This document shows positions 17,394-26,686 of a stretch of 33,052 bases of DNA, one piece after another. Under the pieces are notes generated by a model. It saw only the letters and a program-made list of their open reading frames with translations, had not been told where the DNA came from and made no database searches. How positions within the stretch are numbered: position 1 is the first letter of the stretch; every line of letters begins with the position of its first letter. Both the position numbers and the translations under genes were made by a program. Origin of the DNA: Candidatus Aenigmatarchaeota archaeon (GTDB lineage: Archaea > Aenigmatarchaeota > Aenigmatarchaeia > CG10238-14); NCBI GenBank assembly GCA_014728985.1, contig WJKS01000082.1, positions 1 to 33,052 on the forward strand. The letters run 5' to 3'.

Positions 17394-18541
17394 TCAAAAA
17401 TATACATTACTTTATCTCCTTCAACTTTAGTGGTTGATTCAAGAAGATCTTCAATTATTTCCACATATTTTTCTTTAGGAACAGATTTACCGCCTAACCC
17501 AAGAATATAATTGTTAATCGTTCGTTTATATCCATACATCAATGATCTAACATCATGATAAATTATCCCACCATAACCTGGAGCAATATTCTGGTCACAA
17601 ACACCTATACCAACAACATCATTCAGTGCATCTTCTAACTCTTTGAATGGGAATGGCCTGTAGACTACAATTTTCACTAATCCAACCTTAATACCCTTTT
17701 TCCTGGCTTCAAGTACTGCCGCTTTAGCAGTGGATGTCATTGCACCTACTGAAACAAGTGCGATAACCGCATCATCCATCATAAACCTTTCAATTACATC
17801 ATACTTCCTGCCAAACTTCTTTTCCCATTCTTTGAAGGTCTTTTTAATTAGACCAAGTGCGTTTTCCATTGCTGCCTCTTGCTGTAGTCTGAATTTCATA
17901 TAGCCTTCCATTACTGGTATACCAAGATTCATTGGTTTTTTTGGGTCAAGATAGGTCACTGGTTTGTATTTTGGTAAGAATTTATCAACAGCTTTTTGAG
18001 TAGGGATTTTAACTGGTTCCCGAGTATAACTAAGAATGAATCCATCTAGATTAACAAAACAAGGTAATAGTACTTTATGATTCTCAGCAATTTTGAATGC
18101 TTGCAATGTCAAGTCAATTACTTCCTGATTATTTTCTGTGAAAAACATCATCCACCCTGTATCTCGTTGATCCAAGATATCATTGTGGTCAGACCATAGG
18201 GTGATAGGTGCAGATAAACCACGGGATACATTAATCATAACTATTGGTAACCTCATTCCAGACGCAATGTAAAAGACTTCATGCATTAGTAGTAGACCTT
18301 GGCTGGAAGATGCAGTAAAAGTTCTGACTCCTGTAGCTTCTGAAGCAACTGCTGCTGACATAACTGAATGTTCGGATTCTACATCAAGAAAATCACCCTT
18401 GAACTTTCCATCTACTTTCCATTTAGCCAAAGTTTCAATCAATTCTGTTTGAGGAGTAACCGGGAAATTTGGGATCACTTGAACATTTGCCAATTTTGCG
18501 GCCCATGCACCTGCTTCATTACCATCCATTATTTTTTTCAT
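17390..18541 (-). CDS. porA: Pyruvate/2-oxoacid:ferredoxin oxidoreductase alpha subunit
   Basis: DGNEA, FPVTPQTE, VESEHS, TASSSQGLLLMHE, LDGFILS, YRPFP, GLGG. Likely ATG at 18541. Confidence 0.95.
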   Translation of the reverse strand: MKKIMDGNEAGAWAAKLANVQVIPNFPVTPQTELIETLAKWKVDGKFKGDFLDVESEHSVMSAAVASEATGVRTFTASSSQGLLLMHEVFYIASGMRLPIVMINVSRGLSAPITLWSDHNDILDQRDTGWMMFFTENNQEVIDLTLQAFKIAENHKVLLPCFVNLDGFILSYTREPVKIPTQKAVDKFLPKYKPVTYLDPKKPMNLGIPVMEGYMKFRLQQEAAMENALGLIKKTFKEWEKKFGRKYDVIERFMMDDAVIALVSVGAMTSTAKAAVLEARKKGIKVGLVKIVVYRPFPFKELEDALNDVVGIGVCDQNIAPGYGGIIYHDVRSLMYGYKRTINNYILGLGGKSVPKEKYVEIIEDLLESTTKVEGDKVMYIFD

Positions 18542-18542
18542 C

Positions 18543-19061
18543 CTATTCCAACCCCGCACATTCTTCACTCATATATTCCTTAACTGAACACCAATCATCA
18601 ACACATTCATGAACTACCTCATAATGTGTACAGAATAACTGCCCAATAAATTGAAATAGTCTTGCTTTTATCTTGACTCCTATCAGTTTTTTCTTAGGAA
18701 TCTCCTTAACTATAAGATTCGGTTGATATAAACTGGATATAGTATCTTTCTGATCTTTTGATAGGTCATAAGCATCATAATCTTCCATTTCTTCAAGTAC
18801 TTTTCTGAATTTTTCTTTGTCAATACATTCCTCATCAACAGAATTACAAGTAATAATCATTCCGTTCTCATTCAATCCAATGCTATAATCATCATAAACT
18901 TTTTCCAGTTCTTTGCTACTTAATCTGACAAATTCACCTGATTCTTTCAGGGGATCTAACTGAATCGGATAGTGAAATTGAATTACATCGGGTTGTACTC
19001 TGGCTTCTACTAAGGTAAAACTTAATACAATTAACAGGCCAATGATCATTTTCTTATTCAT
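18543..19061 (-). CDS. Hypothetical secreted Cys-containing protein
   Basis: Signal peptide MNKKMIIGLLIVLSFTLVEA and 6 Cys; tightly coupled to porD and porA. Confidence 0.7.
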   Translation of the reverse strand: MNKKMIIGLLIVLSFTLVEARVQPDVIQFHYPIQLDPLKESGEFVRLSSKELEKVYDDYSIGLNENGMIITCNSVDEECIDKEKFRKVLEEMEDYDAYDLSKDQKDTISSLYQPNLIVKEIPKKKLIGVKIKARLFQFIGQLFCTHYEVVHECVDDWCSVKEYMSEECAGLE

Positions 19062-19383
19062 GTGTTTCCCTCACCTTCTTGATACATTTAACCGGACAAT
19101 TCTCAGCACATACCAAACATCCTTTACATATCGAGTAATCTATTATTGGTTTTCCATCCTTATCAAAAGTTATAGCTGATTCTGGACAGGATATCCAACA
19201 TCTGCGACATTTTATACATTTACTTTTATCAATAACTGGTTTAAATACTCTCCAACTACCGACGTCTCTCTCCAAACTATTTCCTTTTGCCTCTACATAA
19301 GGTATACCTTCTTTCCCAAGATATTCTATTTTCTCTATTCCTACAGACTTCTTCTTGATTTTTTTAACAATCTTCTTAACCAT
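19054..19383 (-). CDS. porD: 2-oxoacid:ferredoxin oxidoreductase delta subunit (2x[4Fe-4S])
   Basis: GSWRVFKPVID, CIKCRRCWISCP and CKGCLVCAENCP. ATG 19383 overlaps the porG stop. Confidence 0.93.
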   Translation of the reverse strand: MVKKIVKKIKKKSVGIEKIEYLGKEGIPYVEAKGNSLERDVGSWRVFKPVIDKSKCIKCRRCWISCPESAITFDKDGKPIIDYSICKGCLVCAENCPVKCIKKVRETHE

Positions 19384-19921
19384 GTATACTCCCATACCCG
19401 ACCTTTGCAGCCCTTTTATTAGCTTCAATTATCTTTTCAGAATATCTCTTCATTTTTTTCTCTATAGCCTCTTCAAGATTCTTAAAAGGTATCTTACCTT
19501 TCAATTTCTTTACTAAAACTCCCAACATTACTGTATTTGGAATCGGTCTTCCAATTATATCCAGAGCTATAGTTGTTGCATCAGTGCAAATGTAATTTTC
19601 CTTTTTATCAAGTCCTAATTTATGTGAACGGTTAGTATTAACCAGGATTAATGTCATTTTATCTGTACCTTTCAACATCCTATCAAAATCAAGTGAATCA
19701 TCTAGTATTACAACAACATCTGGTTTAGTAATATAACCTCTTTCTAGTATCTTTTTCTTATCTATTCTTGTAAAGCTTACGACCGGTGCGCCTCTTCTTT
19801 CAGCACCATATAGACTGAAATCCTGAGTTTGGAATCCACTGAGAAATGCTGCCTTTCCTAATAATTGTGCAGCTGTTTTAACCCCTGCCCCACCTCTGCC
19901 ATGGAATCTTACTTCAAGCAT
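19376..19921 (-). CDS. porG: 2-oxoacid:ferredoxin oxidoreductase gamma subunit
   Basis: EVRFHGRGGAG, YGAERRGAPV, DATTIA, PNTVMLG. Confidence 0.95.
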   Translation of the reverse strand: MLEVRFHGRGGAGVKTAAQLLGKAAFLSGFQTQDFSLYGAERRGAPVVSFTRIDKKKILERGYITKPDVVVILDDSLDFDRMLKGTDKMTLILVNTNRSHKLGLDKKENYICTDATTIALDIIGRPIPNTVMLGVLVKKLKGKIPFKNLEEAIEKKMKRYSEKIIEANKRAAKVGYGSIHG

Positions 19922-20027
19922 TAACTCACACTATTAGATATTTGGTTTGGTTAATATTAAGTTTTACCAGAAAATCGAATCTAATAGTTACATAATGAAT
20001 TTAAGATTAATTTACTATATATCTAAC

Positions 20028-20438
20028 ATGCCTGGGGGTATTGGTTTTGGTGGTAATCCTGATAGAGGATACGCTGCTTCTGTTTCTTCTCCAGATATTG
20101 GTTCTAGTGTTTGGGGATATGTAGATCCAATGTGTAATTTAGATGAACTCCCTAAGGATACTCGACTATTACCAAGAATCAGTCGTCTTAGGAGAAAATT
20201 AGCTCCAGGAGTACCAGTATTAAAGGAAAGAGGTAGAAATTTTCCTGTTCATAGATTCCAAGTTCCTGATCATTCTGGTGCTCAAGGATTTATAGTTTAT
20301 GAAGATTTGAGTGAAACTCCTGGAGATTATAGTGGAATGGGTAGATATCTCTTATTAGCATTTGGTTTTTCCCTTCCAGAGAAATTCCCAGGAAGACGAA
20401 GTATTTACATGATTGATGCGGATTCGATTCTCCAATAA
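20028..20438 (+). CDS. Small orphan protein, Gly/Pro/Arg-rich
   Basis: 136 aa from ATG 20028 with an AT-rich TATA-like element upstream; fills the gap and converges on the next gene. Confidence 0.6.
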   Translation: MPGGIGFGGNPDRGYAASVSSPDIGSSVWGYVDPMCNLDELPKDTRLLPRISRLRRKLAPGVPVLKERGRNFPVHRFQVPDHSGAQGFIVYEDLSETPGDYSGMGRYLLLAFGFSLPEKFPGRRSIYMIDADSILQ

Positions 20439-20439
20439 A

Positions 20440-20913
20440 TCAAAACCCTACTTTATCCAAGATCAAATGACTCAAATAACCCCAAAAAATAATTAGAAAA
20501 TAAATACCGAACTCAAATCCTGAAAAATTGAACATAAACCAGAGAATTGAGGTCATCCCTAAACTGAAAACTAAAGAAAACCACAATTTATGCGTGGCTC
20601 CTCTATGCTTAGTTGGGAAGAATCTAATTACCAAATAAACGATTATAAAGCCTAATAAACCATAAAAAATAGATCCCAGAGAGAAGTTAATAATCAAATA
20701 AACAGTGATTATAACAGATAGTAACAGTGAAAGGTATTTTCTGATATTGCTTTTGGGCGTATCTATGTCTGGAGAAATAGTTGCCAAGAGATTGAATAAA
20801 GTAAGGAAAATTATTAAGATATAGTCAGTTATCAATCCCCAACCATAAAGAGTGCCTAGTATTACGATTAAGATTATCATATCGAATATTAGGTGTACTT
20901 TCCAGGATGGCAT
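20440..20913 (-). CDS. Membrane-bound metal-dependent hydrolase (YdjM-like)
   Basis: N-terminal His, PDID, HRGATH and SHLILD motifs with TM helices. Confidence 0.88.
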   Translation of the reverse strand: MPSWKVHLIFDMIILIVILGTLYGWGLITDYILIIFLTLFNLLATISPDIDTPKSNIRKYLSLLLSVIITVYLIINFSLGSIFYGLLGFIIVYLVIRFFPTKHRGATHKLWFSLVFSLGMTSILWFMFNFSGFEFGIYFLIIFWGYLSHLILDKVGF

Positions 20914-20944
20914 AGAAATTTTATGATTTATTCGATTAAATAGG

Positions 20945-21196
20945 TTAAATTAATTCCATTATTTCTGAAGCTAATAGGGATAATTGGATTCCAGCATGAC
21001 ATCTAGTTCTGTCAAGAAATATACTAGCAATTATTCTACTTGTGGGTTCGGGACCTAAATCTTCTCTGTTTACATATCCAGTCACTTGAGAACCATTATG
21101 AATTATTATGTAATGGGTGGCACCCTGATCGGTAGGAACCCTTGAAGGACCTACATCTAACCCATAAGTTCTACCATCAACTACAAAACTTCTCAT
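20945..21196 (-). CDS. Small orphan protein with no lysine
   Basis: 83 aa; ATATTTAA about 25 nt upstream of the ATG. Confidence 0.55.
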   Translation of the reverse strand: MRSFVVDGRTYGLDVGPSRVPTDQGATHYIIIHNGSQVTGYVNREDLGPEPTSRIIASIFLDRTRCHAGIQLSLLASEIMELI

Positions 21197-21231
21197 AACT
21201 TAAGAATAAAGCCCTAGAGTTAAATATCTTA

Positions 21232-21924
21232 CTAATCAATTATTATCCTTGCATCAACAGCTATAGCATCGTCGCTGAAAGCAAAAACAGGGTTGATGTC
21301 TAATTCTTGAATCTCGGGATTTCCCTCAAGCATTTTGGATGTTTTCATTAAAATATCAATTAGTGCCTTAAAATCAACAGGTTCTTTACCTCTGATGCCT
21401 TTAAGTACTTTAAGACCCTTGATTTCAGTTATCATTTCAGCAGCTTCTCTTTTTTTGATTGGGACTACCCGAAAACTAACATCTTCAAATACTTCCACAA
21501 ATACTCCCCCTAAACCAAAGAGAACAACCTGATCAAATGTCGGGTCTTTTTTACCACCTACAATAACTTCTGGAGCTTCGGGTAACATCTTCTGAACAAA
21601 TATACCATCTATTCTAGCCTTTGGTTTGTTTTTTTTAACAGTTTTTATCAAATCAGTTATTCCATCCCTCAGTTCCTTTTCATTTTCTATCCCTATCTTT
21701 ACAGCCCCAGCGTCTGTCTTGTGGATTATATCTTTACTCACGACTTTTAGAACAAGAGGATAACCAAACTTATTCGCGAATGATATCGCATCCTTTATCT
21801 CCTGTATTACAGTTCCTCTTACCACTGGTATTCTGTAATATTCTAGGATTTTTCTTGATTCTAGTTCTGTGAGGTTATTTCTACCCTCTTTTCTTACTTT
21901 ATCAAAAATTTTCTGGGGTCTCAT
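21232..21924 (-). CDS. acdB: ADP-forming acetate--CoA ligase beta subunit (ATP-grasp)
   Basis: LTELESRKILEYY, GYPLVLKVVS, HKTDAG, DPTFDQVVLFGLGGVFVE, ELDINPV, VDAR. Confidence 0.92.
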   Translation of the reverse strand: MRPQKIFDKVRKEGRNNLTELESRKILEYYRIPVVRGTVIQEIKDAISFANKFGYPLVLKVVSKDIIHKTDAGAVKIGIENEKELRDGITDLIKTVKKNKPKARIDGIFVQKMLPEAPEVIVGGKKDPTFDQVVLFGLGGVFVEVFEDVSFRVVPIKKREAAEMITEIKGLKVLKGIRGKEPVDFKALIDILMKTSKMLEGNPEIQELDINPVFAFSDDAIAVDARIIID

Positions 21925-21950
21925 GTGATATTATTTGGAAAAGAAGATAA

Positions 21951-22556
21951 TTATTTCTTTCTACCCATCAGCTTCTCAAAAATAAACTTCTTAAAACCAC
22001 TAATATATCCTTTTCTATCCATCCACATAAGAACAATAAAGGCGATAGTTCCAACACCAATAGTAATCTCAAGACCGACTCCAACCCATCTAAGTACTCC
22101 CCCGGCAAGAGAACCAATTGATCCAAGTATTAGCATTCTGGGGAAGGCACCTAGAGCAGTAGCAATCATATAATCCTTAAAACTCAGTGAAGTAACCCCA
22201 GTAATGTAACTAATCAGGTCAAAAGGAATGATTGGAATTAATCTGGTGACAAATATACCTGTTTTCCCATTTTCTATGACCCATTCATCAAGATTTTCTA
22301 TCCAGTCCTCACCAACAAGTTTCTTAACAATAGGTCTACCACCCTTTCTAGCAATCCAAAAAGCGATAACGGCCCCCACAATAGTACCTATCCCACCAAA
22401 AATCACAATATCCAGGAGCCTGATTCCAATAGCACCGGCAAAGACTATCATAGCCTCAGAAGGTATAGGTGCGATGATCGTTTGTATAATCATCACAAAA
22501 AGTAAGCCTATAGGACCATAAGCCTCAATAATAGGTACTAGTAATTCTTCTAACAT
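21951..22556 (-). CDS. TVP38/TMEM64 (VTT/DedA) family membrane protein
   Basis: QTIIAPIPSE, RLIPIIPFDLISY, ATALG. Confidence 0.92.
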   Translation of the reverse strand: MLEELLVPIIEAYGPIGLLFVMIIQTIIAPIPSEAMIVFAGAIGIRLLDIVIFGGIGTIVGAVIAFWIARKGGRPIVKKLVGEDWIENLDEWVIENGKTGIFVTRLIPIIPFDLISYITGVTSLSFKDYMIATALGAFPRMLILGSIGSLAGGVLRWVGVGLEITIGVGTIAFIVLMWMDRKGYISGFKKFIFEKLMGRKK

Positions 22557-22588
22557 TCTATAATCTTACTCTTTTAGGTTAAAATATT

Positions 22589-22661
22589 TAGTCCCGAGCG
22601 GATTCGAACCGCCGTCTGAAGCTCCAGAGGCTCCTATGCTTGACCACTACACCACGGGACT
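22589..22661 (-). tRNA. tRNA-Gln(CUG), intron-less, CCA not encoded
   Basis: AGTCCCGTGGTGTAGTGGTCAAGCATAGGAGCCTCTGGAGCTTCAGACGGCGGTTCGAATCCGCTCGGGACTA: acceptor stem AGTCCCG/CGGGACT with A1-U72 (typical of archaeal tRNA-Gln), anticodon CTG, TTCGAAT T-loop. Confidence 0.96.
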
Positions 22662-22698
22662 TTATCAAAATAATTAGGTATTAAGAATTAATTAATTT

Positions 22699-22965
22699 CT
22701 ATTTCTGATTTTCCATGACCTTTTTAGGAAATACTTCCGTTATCGCCAGATATATTGAAAGCCCTACAATCGCAAGCCAGACTTCTATTGAGTAAAGTCT
22801 TCTTTTAATAATAACTTCAAGTGGGGTAAAAATAACTCTTTTAAACAGAGGATATTTTCCCCCACCTATCGCAAAAAATACCATATAAAATCCATAAAGT
22901 ATTTGAAAAGCGAAATTAATAATTATAAGTCTGTGTAAAACTCTCCATTTCCCTTTCTTTTCCAT
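22699..22965 (-). CDS. Small two-TM membrane protein, unknown function
   Basis: 88 aa with two hydrophobic segments flanking KRRLYSIEVW. Confidence 0.7.
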   Translation of the reverse strand: MEKKGKWRVLHRLIIINFAFQILYGFYMVFFAIGGGKYPLFKRVIFTPLEVIIKRRLYSIEVWLAIVGLSIYLAITEVFPKKVMENQK

Positions 22966-23034
22966 GAAACTACCTTTTATGACTATAATTCTAACTTAAA
23001 CATTAATTAAGTTTATTATGTATATTTCAGTGTA

Positions 23035-24222
23035 ATGAACAGGATAAATTTTCTTATAAATGAAATCAAGAAAGAGAAGGAACTGGTTAAAGATAGTTTT
23101 TGGATGTTCCTTGCAAATGCGATCCCGGCTATAATGGGATTTTTGATGAATTTAATACTGGCGAGAATTTTCAATCCAGAACCATTTGGCAATTATAAGA
23201 CCGTAACTTATCTAATAACATTTTTTTCCGCTTTAATAAGTTTTGGAATTCCAATCACGCTTACCAAATATATAGCACAATTCAGGGTTAAAGACAAGAA
23301 GAAAATAGGTTATATGACCAGATGGTTTTTAAATATAAGACTAATATCCTTTTCCGCATTATTTCTGATTCTATTGGTTTTTCTAAAACCGATAACAGTC
23401 TATTTTCTTCATGATCCATCATTAAGTAATTTGATACTTGCCGGATTTCCATTGGTCTTCGCAACTATTTTTGGGTTTTTGCCTTCCATGGTTTTGGGGT
23501 ATGAAAATTTCAAGTTATATTTCTTTTCAAAGCTAGTAACTAGCATTGGTTATATATTATTTGTCGTAGGATTAGGTTATTTTTCTGGGGTACCTTTTTC
23601 TGTCATAGGTTTGGGTATTTCCAATCTTTTGGGTAGCCTCTTATGTCTTAAATATCTTAACAAAAAGGGAAGCTTCCGAAAAACAAATGGAAAATTTAAT
23701 GTAAAAGAGATATTTTTAAAATTCTCTTTACCAATGTACATCTTTACAATACCTAGTTTTTTCGGTAACGCTGTAGTTCCAGTTTTAAGTATATTCTTTT
23801 CGCCCGAATTAATAGGACAGTATTCATTTTCTTTTGTGTTTTATTATTCAGGGCTAGTAATACCAAGTACCATAGGAACTGTTCTACTTCCGAGAAATTC
23901 CAGGCTCATTAGTTTGAAAGATGAAAAGAACATTAAAAAAACTCTAATTAAAGTATTTTCTGTCTATACCTTAATTGCAGTTGTTGGAATTTTAGGAGTA
24001 TTTTTATTGGGAAGAACAGTTCTATCAATCATAGCTCCCGAATATTTGCCAGGATTAGTGTTCTTTAAGGCTCTGGTTTCTTTGGGACTGATTTCAGGTT
24101 ATATAATAATCTATAACTCTTATTTGACAGCAAAAGAAGAATTAAAATGGGTAGCTCTTTTAACATTAATTCAGAATCTATTGATATTCTTGGTGAGTTT
24201 CCTATTATTGAAATCTGTTTAG
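23035..24222 (+). CDS. Oligosaccharide flippase (Wzx/RfbX-like, MOP superfamily)
   Basis: LVKDSFWMF, LARIFNPEPFGNY, FGIPITLTKYIAQ, FSLPM, VLLPR; roughly 12 TM segments. Confidence 0.85.
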   Translation: MNRINFLINEIKKEKELVKDSFWMFLANAIPAIMGFLMNLILARIFNPEPFGNYKTVTYLITFFSALISFGIPITLTKYIAQFRVKDKKKIGYMTRWFLNIRLISFSALFLILLVFLKPITVYFLHDPSLSNLILAGFPLVFATIFGFLPSMVLGYENFKLYFFSKLVTSIGYILFVVGLGYFSGVPFSVIGLGISNLLGSLLCLKYLNKKGSFRKTNGKFNVKEIFLKFSLPMYIFTIPSFFGNAVVPVLSIFFSPELIGQYSFSFVFYYSGLVIPSTIGTVLLPRNSRLISLKDEKNIKKTLIKVFSVYTLIAVVGILGVFLLGRTVLSIIAPEYLPGLVFFKALVSLGLISGYIIIYNSYLTAKEELKWVALLTLIQNLLIFLVSFLLLKSV

Positions 24223-26675
24223 ATTACTTCCCCATAGGCAGATCCAATCTCCTCATACCCCCTTGACTTATAATTGTCAGATAGACTGCTTAGGAAATTC
24301 TTCATAAATCTTTCTTTCTCAGAATCCCATTTCTCATTTGATTTAAGGAACTCAATCAATTCTTTTAGTTCCATTAGGTAAGCCTTAATCCTTGAGGGTT
24401 CTATCACATAAGGTAACATATTCAACAATTGATAAAATCTAGTACTGGTTTTTATGTCTTCTATTGAATCTTTATCTATCTTTATTTCCCTTTCCTTTAA
24501 TTTCGTTAATAATTCATTAATTACAAAGTTCTGATTTTTAACCACTTCTCTGAGTTTATCTACACTTTCCCTCAAGCCTTCAATTTCCTCAGACTCCACT
24601 CTAGTCACTCTTTCCAGGACATCATCAACTACAAAATTCTGCCTTTCGGCTACTGATTTTAGCTTATCAAATTTATCTTTCAAGGCCATTAATTCCCTTT
24701 CTACTATATAAACATCCTCAATATCTTTTGAGTCAACCTTTTCCCCCAGTCTCTTTTTAATATCTTCTAAGTCATTTTTAAGCTCATGATCCGTTTTCTT
24801 TATTTCTTTAATCTCATCTGTTATGCCAGATGTCCAACTTGCTATATTATTAATTTTATCCAGGAATTCTTCCTGATTTGCAGGGACAGATATCTTCTTA
24901 CTTACCTTCAATAAGTCGTTCATGAATTTCTCTTCTCTATCACCCCAAACATCGGAATCCTTCATTTTCCTTATAATATCCTTCATTTCTTTTGAATACT
25001 CTTTTAATTTTATTCTGTCTTCTAAAAAGGGTAATATATTCAGTAGTTGATAAAATCTTAGTGAGAGCCCGAGGTTATTTAGTTCTTTAATATTAATGTT
25101 TGGAATATTTCTTACCTTTTCCATGCTATTTATTAAATCAGAAATTACATTGTTCTGTTTTTCGATAATTTTCTTTATTTTTTCTATTTTATGTGAGGAC
25201 GCTGGAACTTTACGAGGAAGATCCGGTAACTTATCTACTTCATTAAGTCTTTGTTTAATTTTATTTATTTCTGGAATTAACCTTCTTTCTAACTCCAGAA
25301 GCCTTTCTCTATTATCGTCCAAATGCCTAGATTTTGAATCAACTTTTGAATTGAAGTTTATTATCTTTTCCTCAATTTCACCTATTCTATCTAATTCATC
25401 TCTTATACCAGTCTCATTAATCAATTTAAAAAATTTTGCAACGCTTTCTCTTTCTTTTTGGAATTTACTTACTTCATTAGTGATCTCTGAGAACACGTCT
25501 TCAATCTTTTCAGCATTCTTTTCAGACTCTTTTTTAATTGTCTCCATTTCTCTTATCTTTTTATCTACTTTGTTTAAAATTTTACTTTTTTTGTTTATCT
25601 CAGAATTGAATTTTTCCATCTTATTTTCTATATTTGACAAATCCGCTAGAACCCCTTTCATTTCTTTAAGTTTATTTTTAATATCAGTTTCATCAATTAG
25701 ATTTGATACTTTCTCAATTTTTTCCTTACTAATTCCTATTTTTTGAATTTCCTCTCTGATATCCTTTTTAAAACTTTCGAGACCTTTAGAATCGACAGAA
25801 TTCTTCATCTTTATACTCATTTCATCTAACATTTGGGTAATTTCAGTTGTGAGCTCATCTAATTTAGAAATTTTTTCCTTCTGACCTTGTAATTCATTTA
25901 CCTTATCTGTGATCTCCGAGAATATAGTTTCAATTTTTGCTGCTGTTCTATCAGAATATTTCTTCGTATCTTCAATCTCTTCTATTTTTCCATTTATTTT
26001 TTTAGATAAATCCACAAGATTATCAAAACTTTTTATTCTCTCCATAGTCTTTCTAAAATCCTTAGATTCCTTCTCAAGCGCTCTTACTAGATTTTCTATC
26101 TTTTCTATCTTGACAGCATTTTCCATTATTTCCTGTTCCTTCTTTTCAAATCCCTTTCTGACTTTTAGCGGTTCGATGTCACCAACTACTTCTTTTATTT
26201 CTTGAAAGTTCTTTTCAACTTTACCAAACGATCTTTCGGTTTCCAAAATCATGGTTCTAAGTTCCCCTATTTCTTCGGACATTTGCGCAATTCTTTCATT
26301 TAGCTCATTCCTGTAACCGCTTATTATATCAAATTTTCCTTCTAATTTTTCGGTCTTTAGAACAAGATCAGTTAAAGAACCAATTTCAGAATCAGAACTT
26401 TTCGAACTTAGTTTATTTTTAAAATTATCATCACTGATTTTTTGTTTTGGTATCTCCTTTGTGACCCCATATTTTTTCTTAAGTTTTTCTTCTTTCAATT
26501 CCTCCTTAGACTTCTTTTTAGTGTCTCCTTCCTTTTTGGAAGAACCTTTCAATTTCTTAAATAAGCCCTTTTTATGTTGTGTCTTTTTTATATTCTCTTC
26601 ATTATTTTCAGATTTCTTATCTTCTTCTAATTCAGAATTATCCTCTATTTTTTCCTTTTCTTCTTTCTCGGGTAT
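24219..26675 (-). CDS. Large coiled-coil protein with internal repeats (probable ATA start)
   Basis: K/E-rich heptad-like sequence with a duplicated RFYQLLNxLP domain. The frame stays open 41 codons upstream of the track start (26552) to ATA at 26675, 5 nt after GGTGA. Confidence 0.8.
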   Translation of the reverse strand: MPEKEEKEKIEDNSELEEDKKSENNEENIKKTQHKKGLFKKLKGSSKKEGDTKKKSKEELKEEKLKKKYGVTKEIPKQKISDDNFKNKLSSKSSDSEIGSLTDLVLKTEKLEGKFDIISGYRNELNERIAQMSEEIGELRTMILETERSFGKVEKNFQEIKEVVGDIEPLKVRKGFEKKEQEIMENAVKIEKIENLVRALEKESKDFRKTMERIKSFDNLVDLSKKINGKIEEIEDTKKYSDRTAAKIETIFSEITDKVNELQGQKEKISKLDELTTEITQMLDEMSIKMKNSVDSKGLESFKKDIREEIQKIGISKEKIEKVSNLIDETDIKNKLKEMKGVLADLSNIENKMEKFNSEINKKSKILNKVDKKIREMETIKKESEKNAEKIEDVFSEITNEVSKFQKERESVAKFFKLINETGIRDELDRIGEIEEKIINFNSKVDSKSRHLDDNRERLLELERRLIPEINKIKQRLNEVDKLPDLPRKVPASSHKIEKIKKIIEKQNNVISDLINSMEKVRNIPNINIKELNNLGLSLRFYQLLNILPFLEDRIKLKEYSKEMKDIIRKMKDSDVWGDREEKFMNDLLKVSKKISVPANQEEFLDKINNIASWTSGITDEIKEIKKTDHELKNDLEDIKKRLGEKVDSKDIEDVYIVERELMALKDKFDKLKSVAERQNFVVDDVLERVTRVESEEIEGLRESVDKLREVVKNQNFVINELLTKLKEREIKIDKDSIEDIKTSTRFYQLLNMLPYVIEPSRIKAYLMELKELIEFLKSNEKWDSEKERFMKNFLSSLSDNYKSRGYEEIGSAYGEVI

Positions 26676-26686
26676 TTAAATCACCA

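Noticed and set aside
9186-21196. Integron-like cassettes or IS-mediated insertion of the orphan ORFs
   Set aside because: No shared attC-like palindrome, terminal inverted repeat, target duplication or transposase recognised by eye.
22589-22661. tRNA-Gln as the attachment site of an integrated element
   Set aside because: No integrase and no duplicated tRNA end seen in the window.
8668-24222. Repeated 4-nt stop-codon overlaps of convergent genes (8668, 15729, 17390, 24219)
   Set aside because: An ordinary consequence of genome compaction in AT-rich DNA.
24219-26675. SMC/Rad50 assignment, making a HerA-Rad50 repair operon
   Set aside because: No Walker A/B, signature or zinc-hook motif; no Mre11 or NurA; the ATPase is membrane-fused.
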